A stretch of 64,000 bases of DNA from Janthinobacterium sp. (GTDB lineage: Bacteria > Pseudomonadota > Gammaproteobacteria > Burkholderiales > Chitinibacteraceae). The notes below the pieces were generated by a model, which searched no databases, was not told where the DNA came from, and saw nothing but the letters and a program-made list of their open reading frames with translations. Numbering within the stretch: position 1 is the stretch's first letter; each line of letters begins with the position of its first letter. Position numbers and translations under genes: made by a program. The DNA lies in assembly GCA_025360045.1 (NCBI GenBank), contig JANYCY010000087.1:23398-87397 (forward strand), given 5' to 3'. Shown piece by piece: positions 25,086 through 36,043 of this stretch.

Positions 25086-27053
25086 TCACCCCTGCAACAA
25101 TCGCATCTCGGCCGCAGCTAAATTGTCGCTTTCTCCCAATAGCACCAAGATATCCCCTGCTTGTAATTCAAAGCTGGCATCTGGCTGGATAGGGCGCATA
25201 TTGCGGCGGCGGATGCTGCGTACTTCGATATGTATATTGCCTAGCTGAAGCTCTCCCAAGGGTTTGCCAACGGCGGCAGCTTCATTGGCAAGATAGAGGG
25301 TGTGCAAGCGTGGCTGTGGTCTATCGTTATCATCCGCATCTTCGCTGACTCCGCGATAAAACCCGCGTAATAGCTGATAACGCGCTTCACGGACTTCTCG
25401 TACGCGGTGGACTACTTTATTGAGTGGCACACCAAGCAGCATCAGGGTGTGCGATGCTAGCATCAGGCTGCCTTCCATAATTTCGGCGACCACTTCGGTG
25501 GCGCCCGCGTCTTTGAGTTGGTCGATATCGCTATCGTCTTGGGTGCGAATAATAACGGGCAGCTCTGGCCGCATGGCGTGCACAATTTCTAAGATTTGCA
25601 TGGCGGAATGTGTGTCGGCATAGGTCACCACAATGGCGCTGGCTCGCATTAAGCCTGCCGCAATTAATACTTCACGCTTGGCTGCATCGCCATAAACTAC
25701 AGAATCCCCTGCTGACGCGGCTTCACGCACCATGTCTGGATCTAAATCGAGAGCAAAAAAGCCAATATTTTCTTGAGTTAAAACTCGGGCGAGCGATTGG
25801 CCGCTACGGCCATAGCCACACAAAATGACATGGCCTTGGCTCTGCATGCTGCGCACGGCAATCTGGTGCAAATTGGCCGCAAGATTCATCCACTCTGAGC
25901 GGGCGAGCCGCAAGACCAATTTATCGGAGTGCTGGATTAAAAATGGGGTGATGAGCATCGATAAAACAATGCCAGCGATGGTGGTTTGTAGAATGCTTTC
26001 TGGCAGCAGTGCACTTTTTGAGGCCAGCGCCAGCATGACAAAAGCAAACTCGCCACCTTGGCCGATGGTAAAGCCCGTTCGCCATGCCGCTCCTGGCGTG
26101 CTGCCAAACAGCCTAGATAGTCCCGCAATCATTAAAATTTTGCCGGGGCCTAGTAGCGCCAACACGAGTAGCACCCGCCACCATTGTGTGAGCAAGACTG
26201 AATAATCTAAATTCATGCCGACGGTGACAAAAAATAGCCCAAGCAATAGATCGCGAAATGGCCGAACGTCGTCTTCAACTTGGTAGCGAAAATCGGTTTC
26301 AGCAATCAGCATGCCAGCTAAAAATGCCCCTAAGGCCAAGGATAAACCGGCTAATTCAGTGAGCCACGCAATGCCTAGCGTGACCAGCAAGAGGTTGAGC
26401 ATAAATAGCTCACTGGAATGCTGCCTTGCAACCATATTGAACCAAGGGCGCATCAGTTTTTGCCCAAAATAGAGCAAAACTAATAACACCACGATGATTT
26501 TTACTGCAGCAAAGCCAAGGGCCATGAGTAATTCATTGCCCGGAAAGCTCAGCACGGGAATCATAATTAAAAAAGGAACCACGGCTAAGTCTTGAAACAA
26601 TAAAATGCCGATGGCATTTTGGCCGTGCACAGAGTGCAGCTCATTTCGATCCGCCAGTAGCTTGGAGGCCATCGCGGTGGATGACATCGATAACACCCCG
26701 CCGAGCGCGAGGCCCACTTTCCAATCTAAACCTGCAAGTAAGCAAATCCCCATGACCACGGCCATCATGGCCATCACTTGCATTGCGCCCAAGCCAAATA
26801 CGATATTGCGCATGGCATTAAGGCGAGCAAGATTAAACTCTAGCCCTAGGGTAAACATCAAAAAAACCACACCAAACTCGGCTAGGTGGGTGGCCTCATC
26901 ACTACTGGCAATCAGGCCCAAGGCATGTGGCCCAATGATTAAGCCGACGACTAAGTAACCCAGCATGGCGGGTAATTTAAGGCGACGGCAAAGCACCACG
27001 GTTAAAACGGCGGCGGCAAGCAAAAGTAATAATGAGGATAGTTGAATGGACAT
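25086..27053 (-). CDS. CPA2/Kef-type monovalent cation:proton antiporter with TrkA-N and TrkA-C domains
   Basis: GVVFLMFTLGLEF, SSTA, LLFQDLAVV, GAFLAGML, GYGRSGQ, YGDA. Confidence 0.93.
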   Translation of the reverse strand: MSIQLSSLLLLLAAAVLTVVLCRRLKLPAMLGYLVVGLIIGPHALGLIASSDEATHLAEFGVVFLMFTLGLEFNLARLNAMRNIVFGLGAMQVMAMMAVVMGICLLAGLDWKVGLALGGVLSMSSTAMASKLLADRNELHSVHGQNAIGILLFQDLAVVPFLIMIPVLSFPGNELLMALGFAAVKIIVVLLVLLYFGQKLMRPWFNMVARQHSSELFMLNLLLVTLGIAWLTELAGLSLALGAFLAGMLIAETDFRYQVEDDVRPFRDLLLGLFFVTVGMNLDYSVLLTQWWRVLLVLALLGPGKILMIAGLSRLFGSTPGAAWRTGFTIGQGGEFAFVMLALASKSALLPESILQTTIAGIVLSMLITPFLIQHSDKLVLRLARSEWMNLAANLHQIAVRSMQSQGHVILCGYGRSGQSLARVLTQENIGFFALDLDPDMVREAASAGDSVVYGDAAKREVLIAAGLMRASAIVVTYADTHSAMQILEIVHAMRPELPVIIRTQDDSDIDQLKDAGATEVVAEIMEGSLMLASHTLMLLGVPLNKVVHRVREVREARYQLLRGFYRGVSEDADDNDRPQPRLHTLYLANEAAAVGKPLGELQLGNIHIEVRSIRRRNMRPIQPDASFELQAGDILVLLGESDNLAAAEMRLLQG

Positions 27054-27243
27054 AGGCGCTGGATTCGGCTTTCACTTGCAAATGAAAAGTAGAGAGTTAC
27101 ATCCTAGCATTTTAGGGAAGACCTTTTACTGCTAATGAATTGCAGATTAAAGGCAAATTTGCAAGATGATTGATCTTGATTGGCATATTGCCAGCAGACG
27201 CAGGTGGCGGGAGGGGGCCTGCATCTCTTATACTTTCGCGCAT

Positions 27244-28215
27244 ATGAAAAATGCTGAATTTATCCTCGAGTGCGCTCGTCGCGTACTGCGGGTTGAGGCT
27301 GATGCTGTTTTCGCGCTGGCCGAGCGACTCAACGATCAGTTTGCCACTGCTTGTGAGCTGATTCTTTCCTGCCAAGGGCGGGTGGTCGTGATTGGGATTG
27401 GCAAATCAGGGCATATTGCTAAAAAAATAGCCGCCACGATGGCCAGTACCGGCACACCTGCTTTTTTTGTTCATCCTTCGGAGGCCGCGCACGGTGATTT
27501 GGGAATGATCACCCGCAGCGACGTGGTGCTGGCCTTGTCTAACTCTGGCGAAAGCGATGAAGTGATTGCCTTGTTGCCCAGCCTAAAGCGCTTAGGTATT
27601 CCTTTGATTGCCATGACGGGCAATGCTGAATCCACTTTAAGTACGCAATCGAGCGTGCACCTTGATTCAGGCGTGACCCAAGAAGCCTGCCCGCTTAATC
27701 TGGCCCCTACCGCCAGTACGACTGCCGCGCTTGCCTTGGGCGATGCACTGGCTGTGGCCCTGCTGGAAGCGCGTGGTTTTCAGGCTGAAGACTTTGCCTT
27801 GTCGCATCCGGGCGGTAGCTTAGGTCGGCGCTTACTGGTGCTGGTTAAAGACTTAATGCATAGCGGTGATGATTTACCCGTGGTGCAGCATGATGTATTA
27901 CTGCGTGATGCCTTATTAGAAATTAGCAAGAAAGGCATGGGGATGACGGCGGTAGTCGATGGGCAAGGTGGATTACTGGGCATCTTTACCGATGGCGATC
28001 TGCGCCGCGCACTGGATCAGGGCGTCGATGTGCGTGATACTCCTGTATCCACCGTCATGACTTTAAACCCTGCGGCGATAGAATCGAATAAATTAGCGGC
28101 AGAGGCTGTGCAGCAAATGGATACCCGCCGCGTGAATGGCTTACTGGTGCTTGAGGCCGGCGTTTTGGTTGGGGCGATTAACATGCATGACCTGTTACGG
28201 GCCCGTGTAGTTTAA
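27244..28215 (+). CDS. kdsD: Arabinose-5-phosphate isomerase (KpsF/GutQ family)
   Basis: GIGKSGHIA, HPSEAAHGDLG, EACPLNLAPTAST, HPGGSLG, CBS pair; start MKNAE (27244). Confidence 0.96.
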   Translation: MKNAEFILECARRVLRVEADAVFALAERLNDQFATACELILSCQGRVVVIGIGKSGHIAKKIAATMASTGTPAFFVHPSEAAHGDLGMITRSDVVLALSNSGESDEVIALLPSLKRLGIPLIAMTGNAESTLSTQSSVHLDSGVTQEACPLNLAPTASTTAALALGDALAVALLEARGFQAEDFALSHPGGSLGRRLLVLVKDLMHSGDDLPVVQHDVLLRDALLEISKKGMGMTAVVDGQGGLLGIFTDGDLRRALDQGVDVRDTPVSTVMTLNPAAIESNKLAAEAVQQMDTRRVNGLLVLEAGVLVGAINMHDLLRARVV

Positions 28216-28243
28216 AATGATTAAAAATAAGAGAGACAGCAGA

Positions 28244-28759
28244 ATGACGGATATGGCCAAAGTGGTGCGCTTAATGATTTTTGACGTTGATGGCGTTATG
28301 ACCGATGGTAGTTTGTACTACACCGATGCCGGTGAAGAGCTGAAAGCTTTTAACTCCTTGGATGGTCATGGCTTAAAAATGTTGCGCGCCAGTGGTGTGA
28401 AGTTAGCCATTATTACCGGCCGCACTTCTTTGCTGGTTGAGAAACGCGCTAAAGATTTAGGCGTCGATTTTCTCTACCAAGGCGCCCACGATAAACGGGC
28501 CAGCTACGAAGAATTATTACTGGCTGCCGGTGTGAGCGCTGATGCCTGTGGCTATATGGGCGACGATGTGATCGATATTCCTGTGATGCGTCGTGTGGCA
28601 TTTGCGGTGGCCGTGCCAGATTCTCCTGAATTAGTCCGTAAGCACGCTCATTACATTACGGGTAGCTCGGGTGGGCGCGGTGCGGTACGAGAAGTGTGTG
28701 AGTACTTGATGCAGTCGCAAGGTACGCTCGATGCCGCTATGGCGCCTTACCTCGCATAA
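28244..28759 (+). CDS. kdsC: KDO-8-phosphate phosphatase
   Basis: IFDVDGVMTDG, DGHG, IITGR, GDDVID, GGRGAVREV. Confidence 0.95.
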   Translation: MTDMAKVVRLMIFDVDGVMTDGSLYYTDAGEELKAFNSLDGHGLKMLRASGVKLAIITGRTSLLVEKRAKDLGVDFLYQGAHDKRASYEELLLAAGVSADACGYMGDDVIDIPVMRRVAFAVAVPDSPELVRKHAHYITGSSGGRGAVREVCEYLMQSQGTLDAAMAPYLA

Positions 28760-29334
28760 TGGCCCTTCCTACGACTCGCTTCTTACCATTGGCACTGATC
28801 TTCCTCTTGGGTAGCTTGACTTGGCTGCTTGATCGAGCGGCCAGTTTGCCTAGCTCTGCGGTTGCAATTAATGCCAATCAACCCGATATGTTGGTAGATA
28901 AGGCAACCGCTGTTCGCTTTGGAGAAGATGGGCATCCTTTAACATTGCTAACCGCAACGCATGTTTCTCATTTGCCTGCCGGTGATATTACGTGGCTAGA
29001 AAACCCTCGTTTACGTTACACCGCACCCGATCAGCCGCTATTAGATGTGATCGGTGAGCGAGCTAAGTCTGTCAAGCAAGGCAGTGATGTTTGGTTTCCG
29101 GGTAAAGTAAAAATGGTTCGAGCGGCCAGTGGAACGCAAGCTGAGCTGATCATCAATGGTCGTGATATGCGGGTGTTGCCGCAGGAAGGTCTTGCCAGCT
29201 CAGAAGCCCCGATGATCGCAGAAATGGGCACGTATATTGTTGAATCAGTTGGCTTTATTGCTGACTCTAAGGCTGAAACGCTGGAACTTAAATCTAAGGT
29301 TAGGATGAGCTATGAGCCGATTCGTACCCGTTAA
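28759..29334 (+). CDS. lptC: LPS export periplasmic protein LptC
   Basis: N-terminal TM plus beta-jellyroll pattern; position kdsC-lptC-lptA-lptB. Confidence 0.85.
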   Translation: MALPTTRFLPLALIFLLGSLTWLLDRAASLPSSAVAINANQPDMLVDKATAVRFGEDGHPLTLLTATHVSHLPAGDITWLENPRLRYTAPDQPLLDVIGERAKSVKQGSDVWFPGKVKMVRAASGTQAELIINGRDMRVLPQEGLASSEAPMIAEMGTYIVESVGFIADSKAETLELKSKVRMSYEPIRTR

Positions 29335-29815
29335 AATAGTATTACTTTTGCTGCTGGCGGCTCCCGCTTATGCAGAAAAAACTGACCGTGAAAAGCCAAT
29401 CAAAATTGCGGCCGCCAATTGTGTGATGAATCAAAAAACACAGGCAAGCGTCTGTACTGGCGATGTTGTTTTGACCCAAGGCTCACTGAGCATTCGCGCC
29501 GATAAGCTAAATGTGCGTCAAGATGAGGCAGGCAAGTCGTTTGTGACTGGCAATGGCAACCCTGTGCGTTTTCGGCAGAAAATGGATGGCAGTAATGATT
29601 GGGTGGATGCGGAAGCCCAGCGTTTTGATTATGACGGACGCACTAGCATTATTAAGCTAATCGATAAGGCATGGGTGAAGCGGGGAGACGATCAAATCAA
29701 TAGTGATTTAATTGTTTATGATCTGGAAAACGAAGCGTATCAAGCGCAAAGCAAGCCAGAGAGTGGCGGGCGAGTCAATATCGTGATTACTCCGAAAAAG
29801 GCACCTGCTCCATGA
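29312..29815 (+). CDS. lptA: LPS transport periplasmic protein LptA
   Basis: Signal peptide, [17 protein letters not shown]...[11 protein letters not shown]. Confidence 0.93.
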   Translation: MSRFVPVKIVLLLLLAAPAYAEKTDREKPIKIAAANCVMNQKTQASVCTGDVVLTQGSLSIRADKLNVRQDEAGKSFVTGNGNPVRFRQKMDGSNDWVDAEAQRFDYDGRTSIIKLIDKAWVKRGDDQINSDLIVYDLENEAYQAQSKPESGGRVNIVITPKKAPAP

Positions 29816-30537
29816 CCAGTTCTTTGCGTGCGGAGCAGCTAGAAAAGCGTTACGGCAAAAGAACCGTAGTACGTGATGTCACCATGGAAATTTCGAGTGG
29901 TGAAGTGGTGGGTTTACTTGGCCCTAATGGCGCGGGTAAAACCACCAGCTTTTATATGATTGTGGGTTTAGTCGGCATGAATGGCGGGCGAATTACCTTG
30001 GATGGCGAAGACATCGGCCATTTGCCCATTCATCAGCGGGCGCGGCGTGGTTTAGGCTACTTGCCGCAGGAAGCGTCTATCTTTCGTAAAATGACAGTGG
30101 CGCAAAATATCACTGCCGTACTCGAATTGCATTGTAAAAATCGGGCCGAAATTAATGCTCGTCTCGATGAGCTATTGCACGATTTGCATATCGATCATTT
30201 GCGTGATGCAGGCGCGATGGGCTTATCAGGGGGCGAGCGTCGCCGAGTAGAAATTGCCCGTGCATTGGCCGCTAGCCCGCGTTTTATCTTGTTGGATGAG
30301 CCATTTGCTGGGGTAGACCCGATTGCGGTGATGGATATTCAACGTATTATTGGTTTTTTAAAGCAACGTGGAATCGGTGTTTTGATTACTGACCATAATG
30401 TGCGTGAAACCTTAGGCATTTGCGATCGTGCTTACATCATCTCAGAAGGCGCGGTGATGGCGTCAGGTGCTCCGAAAGATATTGTAGAAAATGAAAGTGT
30501 GCGTCGGGTTTATCTCGGTGAACATTTCCGTATGTAA
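29812..30537 (+). CDS. lptB: LPS export ABC ATPase LptB
   Basis: [47 protein letters not shown]. Confidence 0.98.
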   Translation: MTSSLRAEQLEKRYGKRTVVRDVTMEISSGEVVGLLGPNGAGKTTSFYMIVGLVGMNGGRITLDGEDIGHLPIHQRARRGLGYLPQEASIFRKMTVAQNITAVLELHCKNRAEINARLDELLHDLHIDHLRDAGAMGLSGGERRRVEIARALAASPRFILLDEPFAGVDPIAVMDIQRIIGFLKQRGIGVLITDHNVRETLGICDRAYIISEGAVMASGAPKDIVENESVRRVYLGEHFRM

Positions 30538-31914
30538 ATGAAACAAACCCTGCAGCTGCGGTTATCCCAGCAACTTAATCTCACTCCCCAGTTGCAGCAG
30601 GCCATCAAGCTGCTGCAGCTTTCAACGCTTGAGTTTCAGCAAGAGCTTGAACAGTATTTAAGTGAAAATCCGCTGCTGGAGCGGGGCGAGGAAGCTGCCG
30701 CAGGTGAGGCAGAACAGCCAGAGCCTCAATGGGAAATGGGCGGGGAAGACGATGGTTTGCGCTGGGAAGGCACGAGCCACGGCAGCTCGGATGATGACAA
30801 TGATTTTGATCCGGCCAGCAATATTGCTCGTGATTTAGATTTACGCGAATACTTGCTGCAGCAAGCGGGTTTACTGCCTCTATCGCATCGGGATAAATCC
30901 TTATTATTTATGCTGATTGAGGCTTTGGATGAAGATGGATTCTTACCGCAATCTTTGGAAGAAGTCTTTCTGCAGCTGCCAGAGGAACTTATTGCAGAGT
31001 ACGAGCTCGAACTAGATGATATCAAGATTGCCTTGGTACGCTTACAGCACTTAGAACCCTTAGGTATTGGTGCTCGTGATATGGCAGACTCTTTATGCTT
31101 ACAATTGCGCCAAAAACCTGCCAGTGCCGCTAAAGAATTAGCATTGCAAATTGCCGAAAATTCACTCGATTTATTAGCGGGACGGGACTACACTAAGCTT
31201 AAACGAGCCTTTAAATGTGAGGATGCTGAGTTAAAAGCAGCGCAAGAATTGATTGTAAGTTTGAATCCTAGACCGAGTGCCCAATGGTCTGTAGCATCAC
31301 CTAGATATGTAAGCCCTGATGTGATTGTGCAAAAAGTAAAAGGCGTTTGGCGGGTTAGATTACACGATGCCTCGATGCCAAAATTAAGAGTTAACCGTCT
31401 TTATGCAGATATCTTACAAAAAGGCGATGGCGGACATTTAGCTCGCGAGTTACAAGAAGCACGTTGGTTAGTAAAAAGTGTGCAGCAGCGATTCGATACT
31501 ATTTTGCGAGTCGCGACAGCGATTGTAGAACGGCAACGAGCATTTTTTGAACACGGCGAAGTGGCGATGCGGCCGCTAGTGCTCAGAGATATCGCTGAAG
31601 AGCTAGATTTGCATGAGTCGACTATTTCTAGAGTAACCACGCAAAAATATATGCTCACCCCGCGTGGTCTGTATGAATTTAAGTTTTTCTTCGGTAGCCA
31701 TGTAGATACGGATGCCGGAGGAGAGTGTTCTGCTACAGCGATCAAAGCATTGATCAAGCAGATGGTGCAGCAAGAAGATAAGAAAAAACCTTTAAGTGAT
31801 AGCGTATTGGCAGAAGCATTATCCGCTCAGGGTATTGTGGTAGCGCGTCGTACAGTTGCCAAATACCGTGAGGCGTTGCAGATTTACCCAGTAAGTCAGC
31901 GCAAAAGTTTGTAA
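30538..31914 (+). CDS. rpoN: RNA polymerase sigma-54 factor
   Basis: LTPQLQQAIKLLQL region I, LHESTISR HTH, ARRTVAKYRE RpoN box. Confidence 0.98.
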   Translation: MKQTLQLRLSQQLNLTPQLQQAIKLLQLSTLEFQQELEQYLSENPLLERGEEAAAGEAEQPEPQWEMGGEDDGLRWEGTSHGSSDDDNDFDPASNIARDLDLREYLLQQAGLLPLSHRDKSLLFMLIEALDEDGFLPQSLEEVFLQLPEELIAEYELELDDIKIALVRLQHLEPLGIGARDMADSLCLQLRQKPASAAKELALQIAENSLDLLAGRDYTKLKRAFKCEDAELKAAQELIVSLNPRPSAQWSVASPRYVSPDVIVQKVKGVWRVRLHDASMPKLRVNRLYADILQKGDGGHLARELQEARWLVKSVQQRFDTILRVATAIVERQRAFFEHGEVAMRPLVLRDIAEELDLHESTISRVTTQKYMLTPRGLYEFKFFFGSHVDTDAGGECSATAIKALIKQMVQQEDKKKPLSDSVLAEALSAQGIVVARRTVAKYREALQIYPVSQRKSL

Positions 31915-31938
31915 GGCCCCAACGGAAGGAGTAACCCT

Positions 31939-32265
31939 ATGAATTTGAATATCAGTGGCCATCATCTTGAAGTAACCCCATCTATCCGCGAGTACGTAAA
32001 CAGTAAGATGGAAAGGGTTATCCGGCACTTTGATAATGTGATTGACGTAAATGTCATCCTCTCCGTGGAGAAACTGCAACATCAGGTTGAAGCTACCGTT
32101 CACGTTCGCGGCCGCGACATCCACGTCGAAGCGACGGATGAAAATATGTACGCCGCTATTGATCTTTTGGCAGATAAGCTAGACCGCCAAGTTGTGAAAC
32201 ACAAAGAAAAATCAATGGATCATCGTAATGAATCCATAAAGCAACACCAACCTACCGCTGAATAA
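31939..32265 (+). CDS. hpf: Ribosome hibernation promoting factor
   Basis: MNLNISGHHLEVTPSIREYV...MYAAIDLLADKLDRQV. Confidence 0.96.
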   Translation: MNLNISGHHLEVTPSIREYVNSKMERVIRHFDNVIDVNVILSVEKLQHQVEATVHVRGRDIHVEATDENMYAAIDLLADKLDRQVVKHKEKSMDHRNESIKQHQPTAE

Positions 32266-32284
32266 AGCGATTTCTCTCACCTTA

Positions 32285-32320
32285 ACGGGAACCGGAATAT
32301 TCGGGTTCCCGTTTTTGTTT
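32285..32320 (+). terminator. Intrinsic terminator after hpf
   Basis: ACGGGAACC...GGTTCCCGT followed by TTTTGTTTT. Confidence 0.7.
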
Positions 32321-32370
32321 TCAAGCGGCGGCGCTACAATAGCTGTCGTCCTTGTTTTGGTCTGCCTACA

Positions 32371-32844
32371 ATGAGTCTGATCGCACAAATTCTGCCAAGT
32401 GGCAATGTCTTCCTAAATATGGAAGTCGGCAGCAAAAAACGTATTTTTGAGCAAGTGGGTATTTTGTTTGAAAATAGCCACGGCATTGCCCGTAGTGTTA
32501 TTTTTGATAGCCTCTTTGCCAGAGAAAAACTCGGTTCTACCGGTCTGGGCCAAGGCGTGGCTATTCCGCATGGCCGGATTAAAGGGTTGAAAGAAGCCAC
32601 AGGTGCGTTTGTGCGCTTGGACGAGCCTATTCCTTATGATGCACCCGATGGCAAGCCTGTTTCTTTAGTTTTTGTTTTGCTGGTGCCTGCCCACGCTACT
32701 GATTTACATCTACAAATCTTGTCTGAGCTTGCTCAGCTTTTCTCAGACAAAGTGCTGCGCGAGAGCCTGCTAGCGGCCACTGAACCGGGCCAAATCTGGA
32801 AGTTAATCAGCACTTGGGAACCCTATGCCACAGATTTCAGTTAG
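32371..32844 (+). CDS. ptsN: PTS IIA-Ntr
   Basis: [36 protein letters not shown]. Confidence 0.97.
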   Translation: MSLIAQILPSGNVFLNMEVGSKKRIFEQVGILFENSHGIARSVIFDSLFAREKLGSTGLGQGVAIPHGRIKGLKEATGAFVRLDEPIPYDAPDGKPVSLVFVLLVPAHATDLHLQILSELAQLFSDKVLRESLLAATEPGQIWKLISTWEPYATDFS

Positions 32845-33769
32845 ACAACTTTTTATTGATAACGCCGAGAAGCTGCGACTGACTTGGGTGGCAGGGCAAT
32901 CGGGTGCGAATAATCTGTTATCTAATGACGCGTCGGAGCAAAAACCGACCTTATCTTTGGTAGGCCACCTGAATTTTATTCACCCCAATCGCATTCAAGT
33001 GCTTGGGGTGGCTGAAACGGTTTATCTTTTGCAGCTAAGCGTTGAGGCGCAAAGAGAATCACTGGCCCGATTATTTTCAAACGAGATGGCGGCGGTGATT
33101 GTGGCCAACGGCCAGATCGTTGGCGACTGCCTGCGCGAAGCCTCCGAGCGCTTTCATGTGCCGCTGCTCACCTCCCCTGAGCAATCCCCCTATTTGATGG
33201 ATGTGCTGCGCTATTACCTATCAAAAGCGCTAGCGGTTTCAACCCATCTGCACGGGGTATTTCTGGATGTGCTGGAAGTCGGCGTTTTGCTCACGGGCGA
33301 ATCATCGATGGGTAAGAGCGAGCTGGCGCTGGAGCTAATCTCACGCGGCCACGGCCTTGTGGCAGACGATGTGGTCGAGGTTTATCGCACCAACCCCGAA
33401 ACGCTAGAAGGGCGCTGTCCGCCGATGTTGCGCGATTTTCTGGAAGTACGCGGGATTGGCGTGCTGAATATCCGTACTATTTTCGGTGAAACCGCCGTCA
33501 GGCCGCGTAAAACGCTAAAGCTGATTATGCATTTGGCTAAGGCGGGTGGCGAGAAAGTGGCTCCGATCGATCGATTGCAAATGCAGGCGGCGACGCAAGA
33601 TATTTTGGGCGTGCCAATTCGTAAGCTGGTGATTCCTGTGGCGGCGGGGCGAAATTTAGCGGTTTTGGTTGAAGCTGCGGTTAGAAATTATATTTTGCAA
33701 TTACGCGGCATTGATTCCACGCGTGAATTTATTGAAAGACACCAAAAATTTATGGAAATGGGCGAGTAG
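32825..33769 (+). CDS. hprK: HPr kinase/phosphorylase
   Basis: [52 protein letters not shown]. Confidence 0.98.
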   Translation: MPQISVRQLFIDNAEKLRLTWVAGQSGANNLLSNDASEQKPTLSLVGHLNFIHPNRIQVLGVAETVYLLQLSVEAQRESLARLFSNEMAAVIVANGQIVGDCLREASERFHVPLLTSPEQSPYLMDVLRYYLSKALAVSTHLHGVFLDVLEVGVLLTGESSMGKSELALELISRGHGLVADDVVEVYRTNPETLEGRCPPMLRDFLEVRGIGVLNIRTIFGETAVRPRKTLKLIMHLAKAGGEKVAPIDRLQMQAATQDILGVPIRKLVIPVAAGRNLAVLVEAAVRNYILQLRGIDSTREFIERHQKFMEMGE

Positions 33770-33815
33770 TAGCTAGCCCTCCGCGTATCAAATTAAGCCA
33801 ATAGCATGCGTTTTT

Positions 33816-33885
33816 GTAGGGGGGGTGAAACCCGCCGTTTTCCGAGCATTTCATGCCAAAGTCTGGCGGGTTTCACCCGCCCTAC
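33816..33885. repeat. GTAG-type REP doublet (class 1)
   Basis: GTAGGGGGGGTGAAACCCGCC...GGCGGGTTTCACCCGCCCTAC. Confidence 0.88.
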
Positions 33886-33994
33886 GGTGATTCGATGTTT
33901 GTGGTGTGCCGTTGGCGTATGGTAAACGCATGGCGCTTTCATAAGCATCAAAATAGAAAGTACACAAAAAATAGTCAAAAAATGGGGGCGGGGA

Positions 33995-34846
33995 TTGAAA
34001 CAGCAGCAGGTTATTTTATTATCTGGTTTATCTGGGGCGGGTAAAAGCGTTGCACTCAAGGCTTTGGAAGACCTAGGTTATTTTTGCATCGATAATCTGC
34101 CCGCGCCTTTGTTGCCACAAACGGCGGCATTGCTGGATGAAGATGGCTATCCCAAAGTCGCCATTTCGGTTGATGTGCGCAGTGCCCATAATTTTGCTAG
34201 CTTCCCTAATCATCTAGAAGCCCTGCTTGAGCTAGGGCTTGATGTGCAAATGCTGTTTTTGGAAGCAAATAACGACACACTGGTGAAGCGCTTTTCAGAA
34301 ACACGCCGTAGCCACCCGCTCTCAGCTGGCACATTAACGGTGACCGAGGCGATTGCCTTAGAGCGTGAAATGCTGGCAGATTTCTCCGCGGTTGCTCATC
34401 GCATTGATACCAGTGATTTATCGGCCAACCAGCTACGCAGCTGGATTCGGCAGTTTGTGGCGCTTGATCGCTCCAGGCTCACCGTGATTTTTGAATCCTT
34501 TGGCTTTAAGCATGGCCTGCCGATGGACGCCGATTTTGTGTTTGACGCCCGCTGCCTGCCTAATCCCTATTACGATAAATCTTTGCGTCCTTTAACGGGC
34601 AAAGATCAGCCAGTGATTGATTTCTTGGCGCGGCAAGAAGTGGTAGGGCGTTTTCAGACCCATATCAAAACATTTATCGAAGCGTGGTTGCCAGAGTTTG
34701 ATGCCGATAACCGCAGCTATATCACGGTAGCCATTGGCTGCACTGGTGGCCAGCATCGCTCGGTTTATCTGGCGGAGCAGCTGGCTAAATACTTTGCCGA
34801 GGATAGGCAGGTATTGCTCAGACACCGTGAGCAACATGCAGATTAG
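33995..34846 (+). CDS. rapZ: RNase adapter RapZ (YhbJ/YvcJ family)
   Basis: GLSGAGKS, DNLP, RFSETRRSHPL, SFGFKHG, DARCLPNPY, IGCTGGQHRSV; TTG start. Confidence 0.96.
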   Translation: MKQQQVILLSGLSGAGKSVALKALEDLGYFCIDNLPAPLLPQTAALLDEDGYPKVAISVDVRSAHNFASFPNHLEALLELGLDVQMLFLEANNDTLVKRFSETRRSHPLSAGTLTVTEAIALEREMLADFSAVAHRIDTSDLSANQLRSWIRQFVALDRSRLTVIFESFGFKHGLPMDADFVFDARCLPNPYYDKSLRPLTGKDQPVIDFLARQEVVGRFQTHIKTFIEAWLPEFDADNRSYITVAIGCTGGQHRSVYLAEQLAKYFAEDRQVLLRHREQHAD

Positions 34847-35213
34847 CAAAGTAATGCGGCCAGGCGACTGGCCGTTTGCCATATTGGCGCTGGCTTTTGT
34901 GGTGTATTTGGGTTTTTGGAGCTGGCAGCAGGAGGGTGCGACTCGGGTGCGCATTTATCAGGCGGGTAAAGTCTTTGCCGAGCTGGATTTAAACGCAGAG
35001 CGCACCTTGCAAGTGGCAGGTCCCCTTGGGCTTACCTTTGTAGAAGTAAAATCGGGCCGAGTGCGGATCAGCAGTGACCCTAGCCCGCGCCAATATTGTG
35101 TGCGCATGGGCTGGCTGGATCAGGCCGGCCAAATGGCGATTTGCCTGCCTAACCGTATCAGCATCGAGCTTTTAGGCTCGCGTCCTCATGAATTCGACAG
35201 CCTCAGTTACTGA
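34836..35213 (+). CDS. NusG domain II-containing membrane-anchored protein
   Basis: N-terminal TM then GRVRI.S.PSPRQYCVRMGW......AICLPNRISI, characteristic of NusG_II; start MQISK (34836). Confidence 0.85.
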   Translation: MQISKVMRPGDWPFAILALAFVVYLGFWSWQQEGATRVRIYQAGKVFAELDLNAERTLQVAGPLGLTFVEVKSGRVRISSDPSPRQYCVRMGWLDQAGQMAICLPNRISIELLGSRPHEFDSLSY

Positions 35214-35712
35214 AATCCGCATCAAACCTAGCCTCGCCGATGTGTGCATTGCCCGCTATGCCGCGCTGGCGATTGCGCTGTCGGTGCTCGAAGCGGGTAT
35301 TCCTTCGCCTATTCCAGGTATTAAACCGGGGCTGGCCAATATCATTACCCTGATTGCACTCTGGCGCTTTGGCTGGACAGACGCCGCATGGATTTCCATG
35401 CTCAGAATCATGGGCAGTGGTATTGTGCTAGGCGGTTTTTTATCTCCCGGCTTTGCCATGAGCTTGATGGGCGGGATAAGCAGCCTCTTGGCCTTGGCCG
35501 CAGTTCAGTACCTACCTAGGCGCTGGTTCGGGCCCGTTTCGCATTCCCTCGCTGCCGCCTTTGCCCATATGGCAGGGCAGCTATTATTAGCGCGGCTCTG
35601 GCTGATTCCGCATAATGGCATCTATCATTTAGTACCCCTGTTTGCGGCAGCGGCGTTGGTATTTGGTGTGGTAAATGGGGTGATTGCAGCAAAGCTGCTG
35701 GCTCGTGAATGA
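35188..35712 (+). CDS. Gx transporter family protein (heptaprenyl diphosphate synthase component I-like)
   Basis: LSVLEAGIPSPIPGIKPGLANIITL, S..GGI.S, S...A.AH..GQL. Confidence 0.88.
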   Translation: MNSTASVTEIRIKPSLADVCIARYAALAIALSVLEAGIPSPIPGIKPGLANIITLIALWRFGWTDAAWISMLRIMGSGIVLGGFLSPGFAMSLMGGISSLLALAAVQYLPRRWFGPVSHSLAAAFAHMAGQLLLARLWLIPHNGIYHLVPLFAAAALVFGVVNGVIAAKLLARE

Positions 35713-35831
35713 AGAAATTTAATAAAAATCTGTAAACACAGGGTTGTAGGAAGAGCAGAGTAGTGGGCAAGTTTTTTTGCCCGCTATAAGCGTCATGGAA
35801 AGGAAAAACATAGCAGGCAAGCCGGTTTTTC

Positions 35832-35903
35832 GTAGGGTGTGCAAGTCGTTTCTCTTGCGCACCGGCTCTTGGTGCGCAACGACTTCGTCGTTGTACACCC
35901 TAC
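35832..35903. repeat. GTAG-type REP doublet (class 4)
   Basis: GTAGGGTGTGCAA...TTGTACACCCTAC with internal TGCGCACC/GGTGCGCA hairpin. Confidence 0.75.
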
Positions 35904-35925
35904 GAAATACCGATTCATTCTTATG

Positions 35926-36010
35926 AGTACAGAGAACATAAAGAAATATCAATTGATTTGGTTTTCTCTGTGTTCTGTTTTTAAACTCCGTGTTCTCTGT
36001 GTCTACAGAC
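35926..36010. repeat. CACAGAG-family hairpin repeat (degenerate)
   Basis: TACAGAGAACATAAAG...TTCTCTGTGTTCTG...CTCCGTGTTCTCTGTGTCTACAG; related to 55380-55501. Confidence 0.7.
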
Positions 36011-36043
36011 CTTTAAGTATTTCGCCGTTTTAATAGGTTTCAA

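Noticed and set aside
24614-25248. ORF-track ORFs over the composite repeats (24614-24853, 24807-25040, 24953-25192, 53940-54155, 54010-54324, 33853-34044, 48043-48324, 49464-49910)
   Set aside because: They arise from GC-rich or 9-mer repeat DNA, have no protein-like signal, and are not conserved in frame between repeat copies
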